A stretch of DNA of 63,962 nt, counting the filler, from an uncultured bacterium (GTDB lineage Bacteria > CAYSBA01): NCBI GenBank assembly GCA_964429075.1. It is 6 parts of 6 records of this genome, joined end to end, with 100 filler letters (N's around TTAATTAATTAA, not from the genome) between each part and the next. Parts side by side here need not be neighbours in the genome. Positions count along the whole stretch, not along the records: positions 32,949 to 43,499 come from CAYSBA010000016.1; positions 43,600 to 53,955 come from CAYSBA010000017.1; 4 more parts are not named here. The stretch is one strand, 5' to 3'. Made by a program: the position numbers and the translations under genes. The notes under the pieces were generated by a model. The model had not been told where the DNA came from and did not search any database. It saw nothing but the letters and a program-made list of their open reading frames with translations. Positions 37,153-48,024 of this stretch are shown piece by piece; position 1 is the first letter of the stretch, and each line of letters opens with the position of its first letter.

Positions 37153-38793
37153 TTATTCGATAGTTATATTTTGACTACCATTTAGAAACTCCATTATACC
37201 TGAAAATATCGATTCTGCAACCCTCTGCCTGTATCTTTCGTTTATGAAACGCTCTGCCTCCTTTGGATTTGTGATAAAGCCAATCTCTATAAGGACACTT
37301 GGCATCTTTGCGCCCCACAGGACATAAAAGAGTGCACCCTTTATACCAAGATCCACAACATCGCTATAGTATTTTTTTAGATTTTCAACAAGGTTCTTCT
37401 GGATCTTTCCGGCAAGGCGAATCGAATACTCAATATTTGCAGTGCTTTCAAGGTCTGCAAGTAGCAGCTGCAACTCTGTAACCTGTTTTTTACTGATAGC
37501 ATTCTCCCTTGCAGCGATCTTATTGGCATATTCATCTGTTGTATTATCCAGAAAGAATGTCTCTATACCATGCGATAATCTACTCTTAGATGCATTGGCA
37601 TGTATTGACACAAAAAGATCTGCATTCAACGAATTTGCGTATGCAGTCCTCTGTTCAAGGGGGATAAAAACATCCTTTGTCCTTGTTAGATATACAGATA
37701 CACCATCTCTTTTTAGCATCTCTGCAACCCTTTTTGCAATATCAAGGACCAATTTTTTTTCTACAACCCTCCTGTAACCAATTGCACCTGGATCTTCTCC
37801 ACCGTGTCCAGGGTCTATCACAACGATCGGTCTTTTTTTATGATGATCTTCTATATTATTGACCTTCTTTTTTACATCCTTATGGATATTCTTTAAGATC
37901 ACAGAGTCGACTTCATTTTTCTTTTCAATAATCTCAGGGCCTATATCAATTACAAGTCGTGATGGATTTTCCATCCAGAAATCTTTAAAGTGGGATGCCT
38001 TTTTTAGATCAAACACCACCCTCACTTTCTTTATATCGTTATATGCAACCCTGATCCTTTCAAGTAGACTATGGCTATAGGTTTCAACTCTCTTTACACC
38101 CTTGCCAATACGACAATCTGGTACATCAACATATATCCTTTCATTCGAACCAATTATGTGACCAACCACATAATCTTTTCTCCCAGAAAAATAGAGGATT
38201 GCCCTGAAACCCGAACTGTTCTTATCTATCTTTATCCCTTTGAGTAAGATCAACCCATCTTTTCCACCAGTATGTCTCTTTATCTCAACTGTCTTGTGAA
38301 CGGCCTTTTCTTCTCCAAACCACCTCTGTAATAACCTTACAGCCAGAGAATATTGATCAGATTGTGGATATTCTCTTACTATATTCTCAAGAAAAAGGCG
38401 TGATAAATCCCTTTCTCCTCTCTCGTAGGAGGCCTTTGCAACCATTACAAGACAATCATCTATCAATGAGACCGGTACCATAATCTTTTGAATCTTTTTG
38501 TTATATTCCAGTAGTTTCTTATAAAGACTGTCTTTTTTGTGCCTTTTGTATCCGATATATGCCAGCTTGACCACCATAAAGGCTGCTTTGCCTCTCAGAA
38601 TCTTTTGTTTGTCTTTTTTATATGACTCTTCGAATAGTTCTATTAGCTTATAATAATCCTTTTCTTTTAGATCTTTTTTTGAAATCCTTTCATAGTAGGC
38701 CTTTCTTGCCCTGTTGTAGTAGTTATCCTGAGCACTAAGATTTATGACAAAGGTAATGAGTAAAACTGTCAAAAGAGCTATCCTGTGCGACAT
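37153..38793 (-). CDS. amiC: N-acetylmuramoyl-L-alanine amidase (TPR-like + AMIN + Amidase_3)
   Basis: Signal peptide, PSRLVID, IDPGHGGEDPGA, FVSIHANA, SVLIEIGFITN. Confidence 0.9.
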   Translation of the reverse strand: MSHRIALLTVLLITFVINLSAQDNYYNRARKAYYERISKKDLKEKDYYKLIELFEESYKKDKQKILRGKAAFMVVKLAYIGYKRHKKDSLYKKLLEYNKKIQKIMVPVSLIDDCLVMVAKASYERGERDLSRLFLENIVREYPQSDQYSLAVRLLQRWFGEEKAVHKTVEIKRHTGGKDGLILLKGIKIDKNSSGFRAILYFSGRKDYVVGHIIGSNERIYVDVPDCRIGKGVKRVETYSHSLLERIRVAYNDIKKVRVVFDLKKASHFKDFWMENPSRLVIDIGPEIIEKKNEVDSVILKNIHKDVKKKVNNIEDHHKKRPIVVIDPGHGGEDPGAIGYRRVVEKKLVLDIAKRVAEMLKRDGVSVYLTRTKDVFIPLEQRTAYANSLNADLFVSIHANASKSRLSHGIETFFLDNTTDEYANKIAARENAISKKQVTELQLLLADLESTANIEYSIRLAGKIQKNLVENLKKYYSDVVDLGIKGALFYVLWGAKMPSVLIEIGFITNPKEAERFINERYRQRVAESIFSGIMEFLNGSQNITIE

Positions 38794-38798
38794 TCGAA

Positions 38799-41330
38799 TT
38801 ACTCCAGCCTTTTTTTGATTTTTGAAAGGAAGATGAGTGCATCTAAGGGGGTTATTTTGTTGATATCCAGTCTCCTTATTTCATTGATGATTTGTTCAAA
38901 TCTATCATCTTTTTCTGCAGCAAAAAGCTCCATCTGCCATGGTGATTTTCGTGAATTTTCATTTTTTTTGTTAAAATCTGATAATCTGTGTTGCAGTTCA
39001 TTTAATATCTTTTTGGCATTGTTCAGCATCTTTTCTGGGAGGCCGGCAAGAGAGGCAACCTCAATCCCGTATGATCTGGGGGCCACCCCTTTTGCAAGGG
39101 TCCTCAGAAATATTACCTCGCCATTCCACTCCTTAACTTCCACATTATAATTAGCCACATGCTCTTTCTTTGCAAACATATCGGCAAGTTCATGGAAATG
39201 GGTAGCAAAGAGGGTAAGACAACCTATCTCTTTATATATATAGTCGAGCGCTGCACTGGCAATAGAGATCCCATCATATGTGCTTGTGCCCCTCCCGATT
39301 TCATCAAGTACAACGAGACTTCTCTTTGTAGCTCCCTTTATTATGTTGGCAAGTTCTGTCATCTCAACCATGAATGTACTCATTCCCCAGGCAAGCCTAT
39401 CACCGGTGCCAATCCGGGTAAATATCCTGTCAAAAAGCGGTAAAGTTGCACTATCAGCAGGTACAAAAGATCCTATCTGAGCCATGAGAGCACACAAAGC
39501 CACCTGTCTGATCAGTGTTGATTTCCCCGCCATATTGGGACCTGTTATGATCATTATTCTATCTTTTTCGTCTGAAAGCTCAACATCATTGGGAACAAAT
39601 GGCTCTTTTGTAAGCAGTTCCACAACAGGATGTCTGCTTGACTTTAGACTCAGATAAAGCTTTTGCGTAATTTCAGGTCTTGAATAATTGTTTGTTACGG
39701 CTACCTCTGCAAGTGATCTAATACAATCGACCCGAGCAACCCAGCTTGCATATTCAAGGATAATATCCTCTCTTTTTTTTATCTCTTCAACAACCTCTGA
39801 AAAAATCCTCTTTTCAAGTTCTATTATCCTCTCTTTTGCATTCAGTATGCGACTTTCAAGATCTTTTAATTCAGGCGTTATGAACCTCTCAGACCCAACC
39901 AGGGTCTGTTTCCTTATATAGTCTTCAGGGACAAGGTGCAGATTTGCCTTAGATACCTCAATGTAATAACCAAAAACCTTATTATATTTTATCTTAAGAG
40001 ATTGTATCCCTGTTCTATCCCTCTCACGCTGTTGACACTCAAGTATCTTGGTAGTTGCATCCTTTGAAAGCAGTCTGAGTTCATCAAGTTCCTTATCAAC
40101 ACCATCTCTTATAAATCCACCATTTTTTATATTTATTGGCGGCTCTTCAACAATGGTCTCTTTTATGGTTTTAGTTAATGCAGCAAGCTCACCCACATCG
40201 CTCTTCGGTGGTGATAAGACATCAGTATCGACATCAGAAAGTGCCGACCTCAATAAGATAATCTGATCTATAGATTTTGAAATTCTTATAGCATCAGGAG
40301 GTCTAAGACCTACCCCACTTAACCTTGAAATAAGTCTTTCAAGATCTGCAATACCCTTTAGAAGATTTATTAGATCTTTCCATCTATTGCGGTCAACAAA
40401 ATACTCTACAGCATTGTATCGATCGTTGATCTTATAGATATCGAGAAGGGGAGATGCAATCCATCGTTTCAACATCCTTGCGCCCATTGGAGTCCTTGTC
40501 CTATCGAGCGCCCATATCAAACTACCTCGCCTTTCACCTTCATACAGGGTTTTAAATATCTCAAGAGTCCTTGTTGTAACATCATCAAGGACCATCTCCC
40601 TTTTGTAGTTCAACCTTTCTGGAGGTTTCATCCCATCCCATGCACCTGGCAGGTTTTTCTCAACATACTCCCTCAAAAGTAAGATCGCTTTATCAGCTGG
40701 ATCCAAATTGTGATCTTTGTCTTCTACAAATTCAAACCGTGTTGACTTCAGGACATCTCTTAGATCCTTCATCTCTTTGTGGGTTATCAGCTCTGCTGGT
40801 GATATCTTGTTTAGCTCCTTTATAAGTTCATTATAACCAGGAAGCTCAACAACAAACACATCTTTTGTGGAAACATCACAGTAGCCCACCACATATTTAT
40901 CCTTAGTCTTTACAACCGCACACAGAAAGTTGTTTGTATCAGAATCCAGAAATTCTTCTTCAATGACTGTTCCCGGTGTTATGACCCTTACTACGTCCCG
41001 TTTCACTATTCCCTTTGCCTTTTTAGGGTCTTCAACCTGTTCACAGATTGCAATCTTCTCGCCGGCCCTTATTAGCTTTAATATATACTTATCCACACTA
41101 TGGTATGGGACGCCACACATAGGTATCTTTTCACCCCTGTTATCACGTGCTGTCAGTGCAATATCGAGTATCTCAGAGGCCTTTTTTGCATCATCAAAGA
41201 ACATCTCATAAAAATCACCAAGTCGGAACATAAGTATCGTATCCCTGTACAACCTCTTGAAGTGGAAGTACTGGGAAAGCATTGGAGTAATCTTATTGCT
41301 AGGCTTTATCTTGTTGGAGAACTCAGCCAT
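38799..41330 (-). CDS. mutS: DNA mismatch repair protein MutS
   Basis: TPMLSQY, GDFYEMF, TGPNMAGKST, STFMVEM, DEIGRGTST, QMELF clamp motif. Confidence 0.97.
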   Translation of the reverse strand: MAEFSNKIKPSNKITPMLSQYFHFKRLYRDTILMFRLGDFYEMFFDDAKKASEILDIALTARDNRGEKIPMCGVPYHSVDKYILKLIRAGEKIAICEQVEDPKKAKGIVKRDVVRVITPGTVIEEEFLDSDTNNFLCAVVKTKDKYVVGYCDVSTKDVFVVELPGYNELIKELNKISPAELITHKEMKDLRDVLKSTRFEFVEDKDHNLDPADKAILLLREYVEKNLPGAWDGMKPPERLNYKREMVLDDVTTRTLEIFKTLYEGERRGSLIWALDRTRTPMGARMLKRWIASPLLDIYKINDRYNAVEYFVDRNRWKDLINLLKGIADLERLISRLSGVGLRPPDAIRISKSIDQIILLRSALSDVDTDVLSPPKSDVGELAALTKTIKETIVEEPPINIKNGGFIRDGVDKELDELRLLSKDATTKILECQQRERDRTGIQSLKIKYNKVFGYYIEVSKANLHLVPEDYIRKQTLVGSERFITPELKDLESRILNAKERIIELEKRIFSEVVEEIKKREDIILEYASWVARVDCIRSLAEVAVTNNYSRPEITQKLYLSLKSSRHPVVELLTKEPFVPNDVELSDEKDRIMIITGPNMAGKSTLIRQVALCALMAQIGSFVPADSATLPLFDRIFTRIGTGDRLAWGMSTFMVEMTELANIIKGATKRSLVVLDEIGRGTSTYDGISIASAALDYIYKEIGCLTLFATHFHELADMFAKKEHVANYNVEVKEWNGEVIFLRTLAKGVAPRSYGIEVASLAGLPEKMLNNAKKILNELQHRLSDFNKKNENSRKSPWQMELFAAEKDDRFEQIINEIRRLDINKITPLDALIFLSKIKKRLE

Positions 41331-42210
41331 CTTTTTTTAACAACGATTCTAATGCACTTTTAAGATCAGGATAACTGTATTTAAAACCGTTTTCTTCAAG
41401 CTTTGTAGGTATTGCCATCTGACTGCCAAGCAGCAATTCTCTCCCCAGATCACCGAATGAAAAAAGAATAATAATTTCTGGGATCGACAATAAAATACCG
41501 AATCTTCCAGCCACCACCTCCTTTAACATACGGTAAAAATCTTTTGTTCGTGTACGGGATGGCGCAACTATATTAACAGGACCTGAAATCTTTTCATTCT
41601 CTATAATAAACTCAACTGCATTTTTCAGATCATCAATGTGAATCCAGGAAAGATAATTCATCCCACGACCAGGCACAGGGATAATCCTCAGTCTTGGTAA
41701 AATTGCAACCTTTGGTAGCATACCTCCATCTTTATCAAGCACAACACCAAATCTCATCAAAACAACCCTTGTTCCTGTAATCTCTGCCTCAAGTGCCTCA
41801 TGTTCCCAATCTATACACACATCAGCCATAAACCCTTTACCGGGTGGGCTTTTTTCTGTAAGTGGCTCCATCTCCCTGTTACCGTAAATCCCAACAGCAG
41901 AAGCACAAAGGAAAAGTGGTATCCTGTATCGTTGTATCTGTTCAACTGCAAGCTTTGTAGACAAGATCCTGCTCTCATGTATCTTTCTTTTTTTATCAGC
42001 GCTCCATATGCCAAAGATAGACTCACCAGCAAGATTTATTACACAATCTGCTCCATTGAAAGGATCACCCCAGACCCTGCCAGATTGTGGATCCCAGCCC
42101 ACCTCCTTCCCTCTTCTCGATACAGGAATAACTGAGTGCCCTTTTTGCACCAGAAAGCCAATCAACCTGTTTGCAATAAAACCAGAAGCTCCAGTTGCGA
42201 CTATCTTCAT
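41323..42210 (-). CDS. TIGR01777-family NAD-dependent epimerase-like protein
   Basis: TGASGFI, INLAGESI, SAVGIYG, SWIHIDD, GPVNIVAP. Confidence 0.88.
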   Translation of the reverse strand: MKIVATGASGFIANRLIGFLVQKGHSVIPVSRRGKEVGWDPQSGRVWGDPFNGADCVINLAGESIFGIWSADKKRKIHESRILSTKLAVEQIQRYRIPLFLCASAVGIYGNREMEPLTEKSPPGKGFMADVCIDWEHEALEAEITGTRVVLMRFGVVLDKDGGMLPKVAILPRLRIIPVPGRGMNYLSWIHIDDLKNAVEFIIENEKISGPVNIVAPSRTRTKDFYRMLKEVVAGRFGILLSIPEIIILFSFGDLGRELLLGSQMAIPTKLEENGFKYSYPDLKSALESLLKKDG

Positions 42211-42275
42211 CTTGACCTGTTGATTTCTTTTACTATCAACAGGATATTTTGTAAATTGTTAGAAATAGGATTGAT

Positions 42276-42917
42276 TTATCTTGATCTAAGCATCTTGTAG
42301 ATCCTGTTCAATGTCTTGTTGGCATCAACAAGCCTGCCCTTCATGAGTTGATCACTGGCCTTAAACAACAGAAGTCCAACAACATCCTTTTTATCTGCAT
42401 CCAGCCTGGCACTTTTATACATCTTATCAAGGCGTTTTATCTTTTTGTCCAGGAATTCTTCTGTTAATTTAAATCGTTCTAACATATCCTGTATCTTTAT
42501 CAGGGTCTTGTTTGCCGTCTTTATGTTTTTTGATTTAATCTCGCGGTCAAGTTTTTCTAGCATCTCCACAACAGGATGAGGATCCCCCGGTATTAAGCCC
42601 TTACTTTTTGCAACCTTCCAGATGGCATCCCTATTGGTACGTAAAAACTTGAGTTCCATCTCGCTGTTCGTCGATTGCTTTTGCCTATTTTTTGGTTTCT
42701 TTTCTGGTTTGAGAGCCAGGTCTTTTTTTTCTTTTGTATTTTGCTTTATATTTTCTTCTTCTTTTATTTCTTTTTTGGTATGTGATTTACCAATATCGAT
42801 CTCCATCTCATTGCTGACTTTCTTTGATGAGCACGACAGTTGTAAAAAAGCTATACTAAGAAGCAAGCATGTAGAGACGGACTTTATTGTGCTTCCCTTT
42901 GAGGGTAACATAACCAT
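42276..42917 (-). CDS. Hypothetical lipoprotein
   Basis: Lipobox-like LSC, Lys-rich linker, helical C-terminus; GGAGG SD inside the upstream gene. Confidence 0.65.
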   Translation of the reverse strand: MVMLPSKGSTIKSVSTCLLLSIAFLQLSCSSKKVSNEMEIDIGKSHTKKEIKEEENIKQNTKEKKDLALKPEKKPKNRQKQSTNSEMELKFLRTNRDAIWKVAKSKGLIPGDPHPVVEMLEKLDREIKSKNIKTANKTLIKIQDMLERFKLTEEFLDKKIKRLDKMYKSARLDADKKDVVGLLLFKASDQLMKGRLVDANKTLNRIYKMLRSR

Positions 42918-43499
42918 ACTCCTCCATTTTTATCTCATCCTTTACCTGTCTGTATGTATCTTCACATACAAGAAGGGTCTTACCAGATAGATTTTTACTC
43001 TCCTCCTGAATCCTTGCTGCAATATTTACTGTATCACCAATGATAGTGTAGTCAACAAATTTGTCAGAGCCGATCTCCCCTGCAAGGACCAGACCTGTTG
43101 ATATTCCAAACCCAGCCCTAAAGGCAGGTTCACCCTTTTTTAACTGCCCTTCATTAAATGTCTCAAGTTTCTCAATAATCTCGATAGCAGATCTTACAGC
43201 CCTTTTTGCATGATCTTCCTGTGGTAGAGGGGCACCAAAGTATGCCATAACTGCGTCACCGATAATCTTGTCTATTGTTCCTCCATTTTTTAAAATTACA
43301 TCAAGTACAATAGAGTAAAAGGAGTTAAGCATCTCCAATACACTCGATGCACCCTTGTATTCAACTATAGTGGTAAAGTTTCTTATATCCATATATAGGA
43401 CACTGACCTTTACCATATCTCCAGTCAATGACCTTCTATCACTTGTCTCAAGGATCTTCTTTGCAATTGATGGTGAAACATATCTTGCAAAGGTATTAT
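42856..43499 (-). CDS. Class III adenylate/guanylate cyclase (5-prime partial)
   Basis: DIRNFT, DKIIGDAVMA, YTIIGDTVNIAAR, LKGK. Confidence 0.92.
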
Positions 43500-43599
43500 N
43501 NNNNNNNNNNNNNNNNNNNNNNNNNNNNNNNNNNNNNNNNNNNTTAATTAATTAANNNNNNNNNNNNNNNNNNNNNNNNNNNNNNNNNNNNNNNNNNNN
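43500..43599. other. Artificial contig spacer
   Basis: N-TTAATTAATTAA-N, 100 nt. Confidence 0.99.
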
Positions 43600-44153
43600 T
43601 TAAAGGCATCCATGATAGGCATGTCATCATCAGCAAGTTCAAGTAATTTTTGATTGGGTATTACAATGAGTGTATCTACTGCCTCCTTCATCTCTGCGAT
43701 ACCCTGCAGGGCATATTCCATCCGTCTCCTCTTTTCAAAGCGAAATGGTTTGGTTACCACACCAACCGTAAGGATATTTTTGGCCCTTGCAATGTCGGCA
43801 ATAATAGGTGCAGCACCGGTACCGGTACCTCCACCCATACCTGCTGTAATAAATACCATATCAGATCCTTCTAGGACCTCATCAATCCTCTCCTGCGATT
43901 CAAGTGCAGCATTACGTGCCTTTTCTGGGATCCCACCAGCACCAAGACCCTTTGTAATACCATCACCAAGCTGAATCTTTATAGGTGCAAGATTCCTTTC
44001 AAGAGCCTGTACATCAGTGTTTGCTGCTATAAACTCAACACCTTGAAGATTCTGTTCTATCATGGTGTTGATAGCATTACCTCCACCTCCACCAACACCT
44101 ATCACCTTGATCTTTGCACGCATTTCTTTACCTGCATTTTCTGGAATAATCAT
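43600..44153 (-). CDS. ftsZ: Cell division protein FtsZ (3-prime truncated by contig end)
   Basis: [25 protein letters not shown]. Confidence 0.97.
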
Positions 44154-44164
44154 AGGACCCTCCT

Positions 44165-45397
44165 CTAAAAAATTTCTCTTATTAATTCTACAAAACGCTC
44201 CCTCAGTCTTTCAAAAAAGTTTGGAGCGTTTGGTCTAAACATCTCATCATCACCAAATCTTACTGCTGATAATATCAGGCCAACCCCTGTAGAATATATT
44301 GGTGAACTCACAACATCTACAAGACCTCCAATATTCTTCGGCACACCTACACGAACAGGCATATCTAAAATCCGCTCTGCCAGCTCATCGATACCCTCTA
44401 ACAGTGCAGTGCCGCCAGTAATTACACAGCCTGCTCCAAGTTTATCTGCCACATTGTGTATCTCAAGATTCTTCTTTACAAGCGAGAATATCTCTTCTAC
44501 TCTTGGTTCAATAACGTTACATATTACCTGCCGCTGAATAAATCGAGGTTTTCTACCTCCTATTGAAGGTACTTCTATCTCTTCATCCCTTTCAACCTTA
44601 GATGCCATGGCACATCCATATTTTATTTTGATCTTCTCAGCATCACTCTGGGATGTCATAATTGCATAAGCCACATCTTTGGTAATATTGTTACCTCCAA
44701 TTAATAGCACTGAGGTGTGTTTAACACTCCCTTCATGAAACACAGCTATATCTGTAGTTCCACCGCCTATATCAACAAGTGCAACTCCAAGCTCCTTTTC
44801 CTCCTCATCAAGTACTGCTTCTGCTGACGCCAGCTGCTGGAGTGTAATCTGGTTGACAATAAGTCCTGCTCTATCTGCACATTTTATAATGTTTTGAGCA
44901 CTTGTTACTGCTGCAGTAACAATATGTACGTTTACCTCAAGCCTTGTACCGGTAATTCCTCTTGGATCTTTTATCCCATCATGAGTGTCAACCTTGAATT
45001 CTTGTGGAATTATATGAATTATTTCACGCTCTGCAGGTACATTGACCGCCTTTGCCGCGTCAATTACCCTTCGAATATCTGCCTCTGTTACCTCTTTGTT
45101 CTTGATCGCCACAACTCCCTGTGAATTCATCCCCATAATGTGACTTCCTGAAATCCCTGCATAGACATTAGTAATCTCTGCCCCGGCCATCAATTCTGCC
45201 TCTTCTATTGCCTTTCTGATGGATTCTACTGTCCTGTCAAGATTGATAACAACTCCCTTCCTCAGCCCATTTGACGGATTTGTACCAATCCCCACTATAT
45301 CTACAGTCCCATCTGGCTGGATCAGCCCCACAATAGCACATATCTTTGTGGTGCCGATGTCCAGACCTATAATCATATTGTTTGGTTGTTTGTTCAT
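44165..45397 (-). CDS. ftsA: Cell division protein FtsA
   Basis: [22 protein letters not shown]-terminal amphipathic helix. Confidence 0.96.
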   Translation of the reverse strand: MNKQPNNMIIGLDIGTTKICAIVGLIQPDGTVDIVGIGTNPSNGLRKGVVINLDRTVESIRKAIEEAELMAGAEITNVYAGISGSHIMGMNSQGVVAIKNKEVTEADIRRVIDAAKAVNVPAEREIIHIIPQEFKVDTHDGIKDPRGITGTRLEVNVHIVTAAVTSAQNIIKCADRAGLIVNQITLQQLASAEAVLDEEEKELGVALVDIGGGTTDIAVFHEGSVKHTSVLLIGGNNITKDVAYAIMTSQSDAEKIKIKYGCAMASKVERDEEIEVPSIGGRKPRFIQRQVICNVIEPRVEEIFSLVKKNLEIHNVADKLGAGCVITGGTALLEGIDELAERILDMPVRVGVPKNIGGLVDVVSSPIYSTGVGLILSAVRFGDDEMFRPNAPNFFERLRERFVELIREIF

Positions 45398-45401
45398 GAA
45401 A

Positions 45402-46220
45402 TCACCCTCCTCTTTTATTTTCATTATCCATTAGAGAGAGGACCATCCATCCCCTCTTTATATAATCCGCAAGATCAACATACCTACTCTTTGCATCTTG
45501 TTCTCTTAAAAAGGCGTCTACAAGTAAAAGTCTTTTTAACTGTAAATCGAAATCGTTGATTGACAACTTTACCATTCCCAGTCTACCCCCAAGAAAGACC
45601 TCTATAGCCCCCTCACGACCTATTGATGATACATTTATCTCCTCGATGTCATAGGAGGTAGAAATTTCACTCCTTCTAAAGGCATCTACAAATCTCTGAG
45701 CGGTTTTTAAATACTTTTTACGCCTTTTTATATCTCTGTAATCCTCTTCGCTAAGTCCTGTTATCACAGGTAAATTTGCCTCAAAGGGTGTCTCTACTAC
45801 CTTAAAAATCCTGTAGTCTCTATCAAGTAGATAAAACTGATCCATCAGAACAACAAAAAGAGGATCTCTTTCTGAGACCTGGATTTTGATTGAATCTGGA
45901 TATGCAACCTGTACCCTAACATCCTTTATCCACCAGAGGTCTTTGATCTTTTCTTCAACCTCTTTTTTATTCACATCGAAGATATTCATTCCGTATTTCA
46001 GGGATGCCTTTTTAATTATCTCTTCATCCTTTGTCCTTTTGTTGCCATCTATAACGATACGTCTAAGTCGAAAATGTGAGGATGAATGTAGATATATCTT
46101 AATGTATTCAAGTCCTCGTACCGTAAGTAGTACCAGAAGACTCATAAAAAGCACTGTCAAGGAAAGATTAATTACCTTTAACAAACTCTTTAAACCCTCT
46201 TTCTTAGATCTTTTTTTCAA
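45402..46220 (-). CDS. ftsQ: Cell division protein FtsQ/DivIB
   Basis: TM + POTRA (GN...WIKDVRV...PD...V.ER), positioned between ddl and ftsA. Confidence 0.88.
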   Translation of the reverse strand: MKKRSKKEGLKSLLKVINLSLTVLFMSLLVLLTVRGLEYIKIYLHSSSHFRLRRIVIDGNKRTKDEEIIKKASLKYGMNIFDVNKKEVEEKIKDLWWIKDVRVQVAYPDSIKIQVSERDPLFVVLMDQFYLLDRDYRIFKVVETPFEANLPVITGLSEEDYRDIKRRKKYLKTAQRFVDAFRRSEISTSYDIEEINVSSIGREGAIEVFLGGRLGMVKLSINDFDLQLKRLLLVDAFLREQDAKSRYVDLADYIKRGWMVLSLMDNENKRGG

Positions 46221-47134
46221 GTCTCTAATGCCCCAAAAAGAATCTTTTCTATCATCTGGTCGTATTCAATTCCTGCCTGTTCACATATCTTGGGGAGCAG
46301 ACTATGATCTGTCAGTCCCGGCAGAGAGTTAATCTCAAGGACATAGGGTATGCCATCTTTGCTGAGCCTGAAATCGGTACGTGAATAGAAGCTCAATCCG
46401 AGTAGATGGTGTGTATTTTCAGCAATCTTAAGTATATCTTCTAACAGGCTATTTTCAATCTCTGGAGGAATGATATATCTTGTCTTATCACTTTTGTATT
46501 TTGCCGTATAGTCATAAAATTCATCTTCGACAACAATTTCGCATGCACCAATTGCCCTGTTGTCAAAGACTGCAGCTGTAAGTTCTCTTCCTTCAATATA
46601 CTCTTCAAAGATGTATTTTCTCTTGGGCAAAAGCCTTTTTATAGCCTCCAGCATCTTTTTGTCTTTTACGATAAAAACATCAACACTTGAGCCTTCATCA
46701 ATAGGTTTGATAACAAAGGGGAAGTTAATAGAAGCTGGCAGATTTAATTTCCCTGAATCATCAGTTTCTACTACTGTCCAGTCTGGTGTAGGAATGCCCG
46801 ATCTTTTCAGGATGGTTTTTGTAATATGTTTGTTCATACTGATAGCGGATGCCTGACAATCAGACCCTGTATAGGGTATGCCAAGACAATCCAAAAGACC
46901 CTGTATCCTCCCATCTTCACCGTAGGTGCCATGAAGGGCGTTAAAGACAATGTCAAAACCACCAAGATCTATCCTTTTTTTACCAATCCACTCTTTTGGA
47001 TCTACCAATTTGCATTTATATCCAAGCCTCTTTAATGATTCATATACATACCTCCCTGTAACAATGGATACCTCACGCTCTTTTGATATCCCACCACTAA
47101 GAATACAGACTCTCAATTCATTTTTTGATTTCAT
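46217..47134 (-). CDS. ddl: D-alanine--D-alanine ligase
   Basis: GGISKEREVS, LHGTYGEDG, EGSS, YDYTAKY, LEINSLPG. Confidence 0.95.
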   Translation of the reverse strand: MKSKNELRVCILSGGISKEREVSIVTGRYVYESLKRLGYKCKLVDPKEWIGKKRIDLGGFDIVFNALHGTYGEDGRIQGLLDCLGIPYTGSDCQASAISMNKHITKTILKRSGIPTPDWTVVETDDSGKLNLPASINFPFVIKPIDEGSSVDVFIVKDKKMLEAIKRLLPKRKYIFEEYIEGRELTAAVFDNRAIGACEIVVEDEFYDYTAKYKSDKTRYIIPPEIENSLLEDILKIAENTHHLLGLSFYSRTDFRLSKDGIPYVLEINSLPGLTDHSLLPKICEQAGIEYDQMIEKILFGALET

Positions 47135-48024
47135 TTTATGATTACAACCTCCTCTTTTAGTTCAATTCCAAAGGTCTTAAATACCCTCTCTTTTGCTAGG
47201 TCAATGAGAAACATTATATCACCAAAGGTGGCATTACCATGATTTACAATGAAATTTGCATGAATCTCACTTATGGATGCACCGCCTCTGGATTTGCCTT
47301 TTAAACCACATATCTCGATCAGTCTCCCTGCGCTATCTCCCGGTGGATTTTTGAATATAGATCCACTACACCTTACACCCCTTGGCTGCGTCTTTATTCT
47401 TTTGATTATGTATTCCCTCATTCTAATCTCTATTTTATCTTTTTCATCTTTTTTTAATGGTCCAAATCTTACCCTTGTAACAAATGTGCCTTTTTCTATT
47501 GCCGTAGTTCTGTAGGAAGGGTTTAACGATGCATAATCAACCCATCTTCTGCCATTTAAATCCACAATCTCAAGACTATCAATTACCCTATCCATCCAAT
47601 ATTCCCTTGTACCTGCATTCATCCTTGCGGCCCCACCAACAGTCCCCGGTATTCCATAAAAGGGTTCCATACCTGTCAGGCAAAGATCTTTTGCCATATC
47701 TACCACCTTTGAAAGCCTCACAGATGCGCCTGAAATTATGGAGTTTTCTTTTTCTTTTTCCAGCCTCTCACCAATCAATTTTACAACAATAAGGTTATGA
47801 TGGGTGTCATTAGCAATAATGTTTGTACCATCTCCTATGCATATCCAGTCAAAGGCCTTTTGCTCAGCAATTGCAAAGAAATGCTCAATATCATCACTCT
47901 CGACGTTAAGAGGTAAAAAGACTTCGATACTACCACCTACCCCCATCGAGGTAATATCCTTAAAACAGATACCTGTCTTTATCTTTCCCCAAAATATTCT
48001 TTCTATTTCTCCTCTGTCTATCAC
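47131..48024 (-). CDS. murB: UDP-N-acetylmuramate dehydrogenase
   Basis: GIPGTVGGAARMNAG, GSIFKNP, HANFIVN. Confidence 0.94.
   Translation of the reverse strand: MIDRGEIERIFWGKIKTGICFKDITSMGVGGSIEVFLPLNVESDDIEHFFAIAEQKAFDWICIGDGTNIIANDTHHNLIVVKLIGERLEKEKENSIISGASVRLSKVVDMAKDLCLTGMEPFYGIPGTVGGAARMNAGTREYWMDRVIDSLEIVDLNGRRWVDYASLNPSYRTTAIEKGTFVTRVRFGPLKKDEKDKIEIRMREYIIKRIKTQPRGVRCSGSIFKNPPGDSAGRLIEICGLKGKSRGGASISEIHANFIVNHGNATFGDIMFLIDLAKERVFKTFGIELKEEVVIIK

Noticed and set aside
10223-43499. cNMP-binding protein plus adenylate cyclase as a signalling or Pycsar/CBASS-like defence pair
   Set aside because: They are on different contigs, in housekeeping context, with no effector domains
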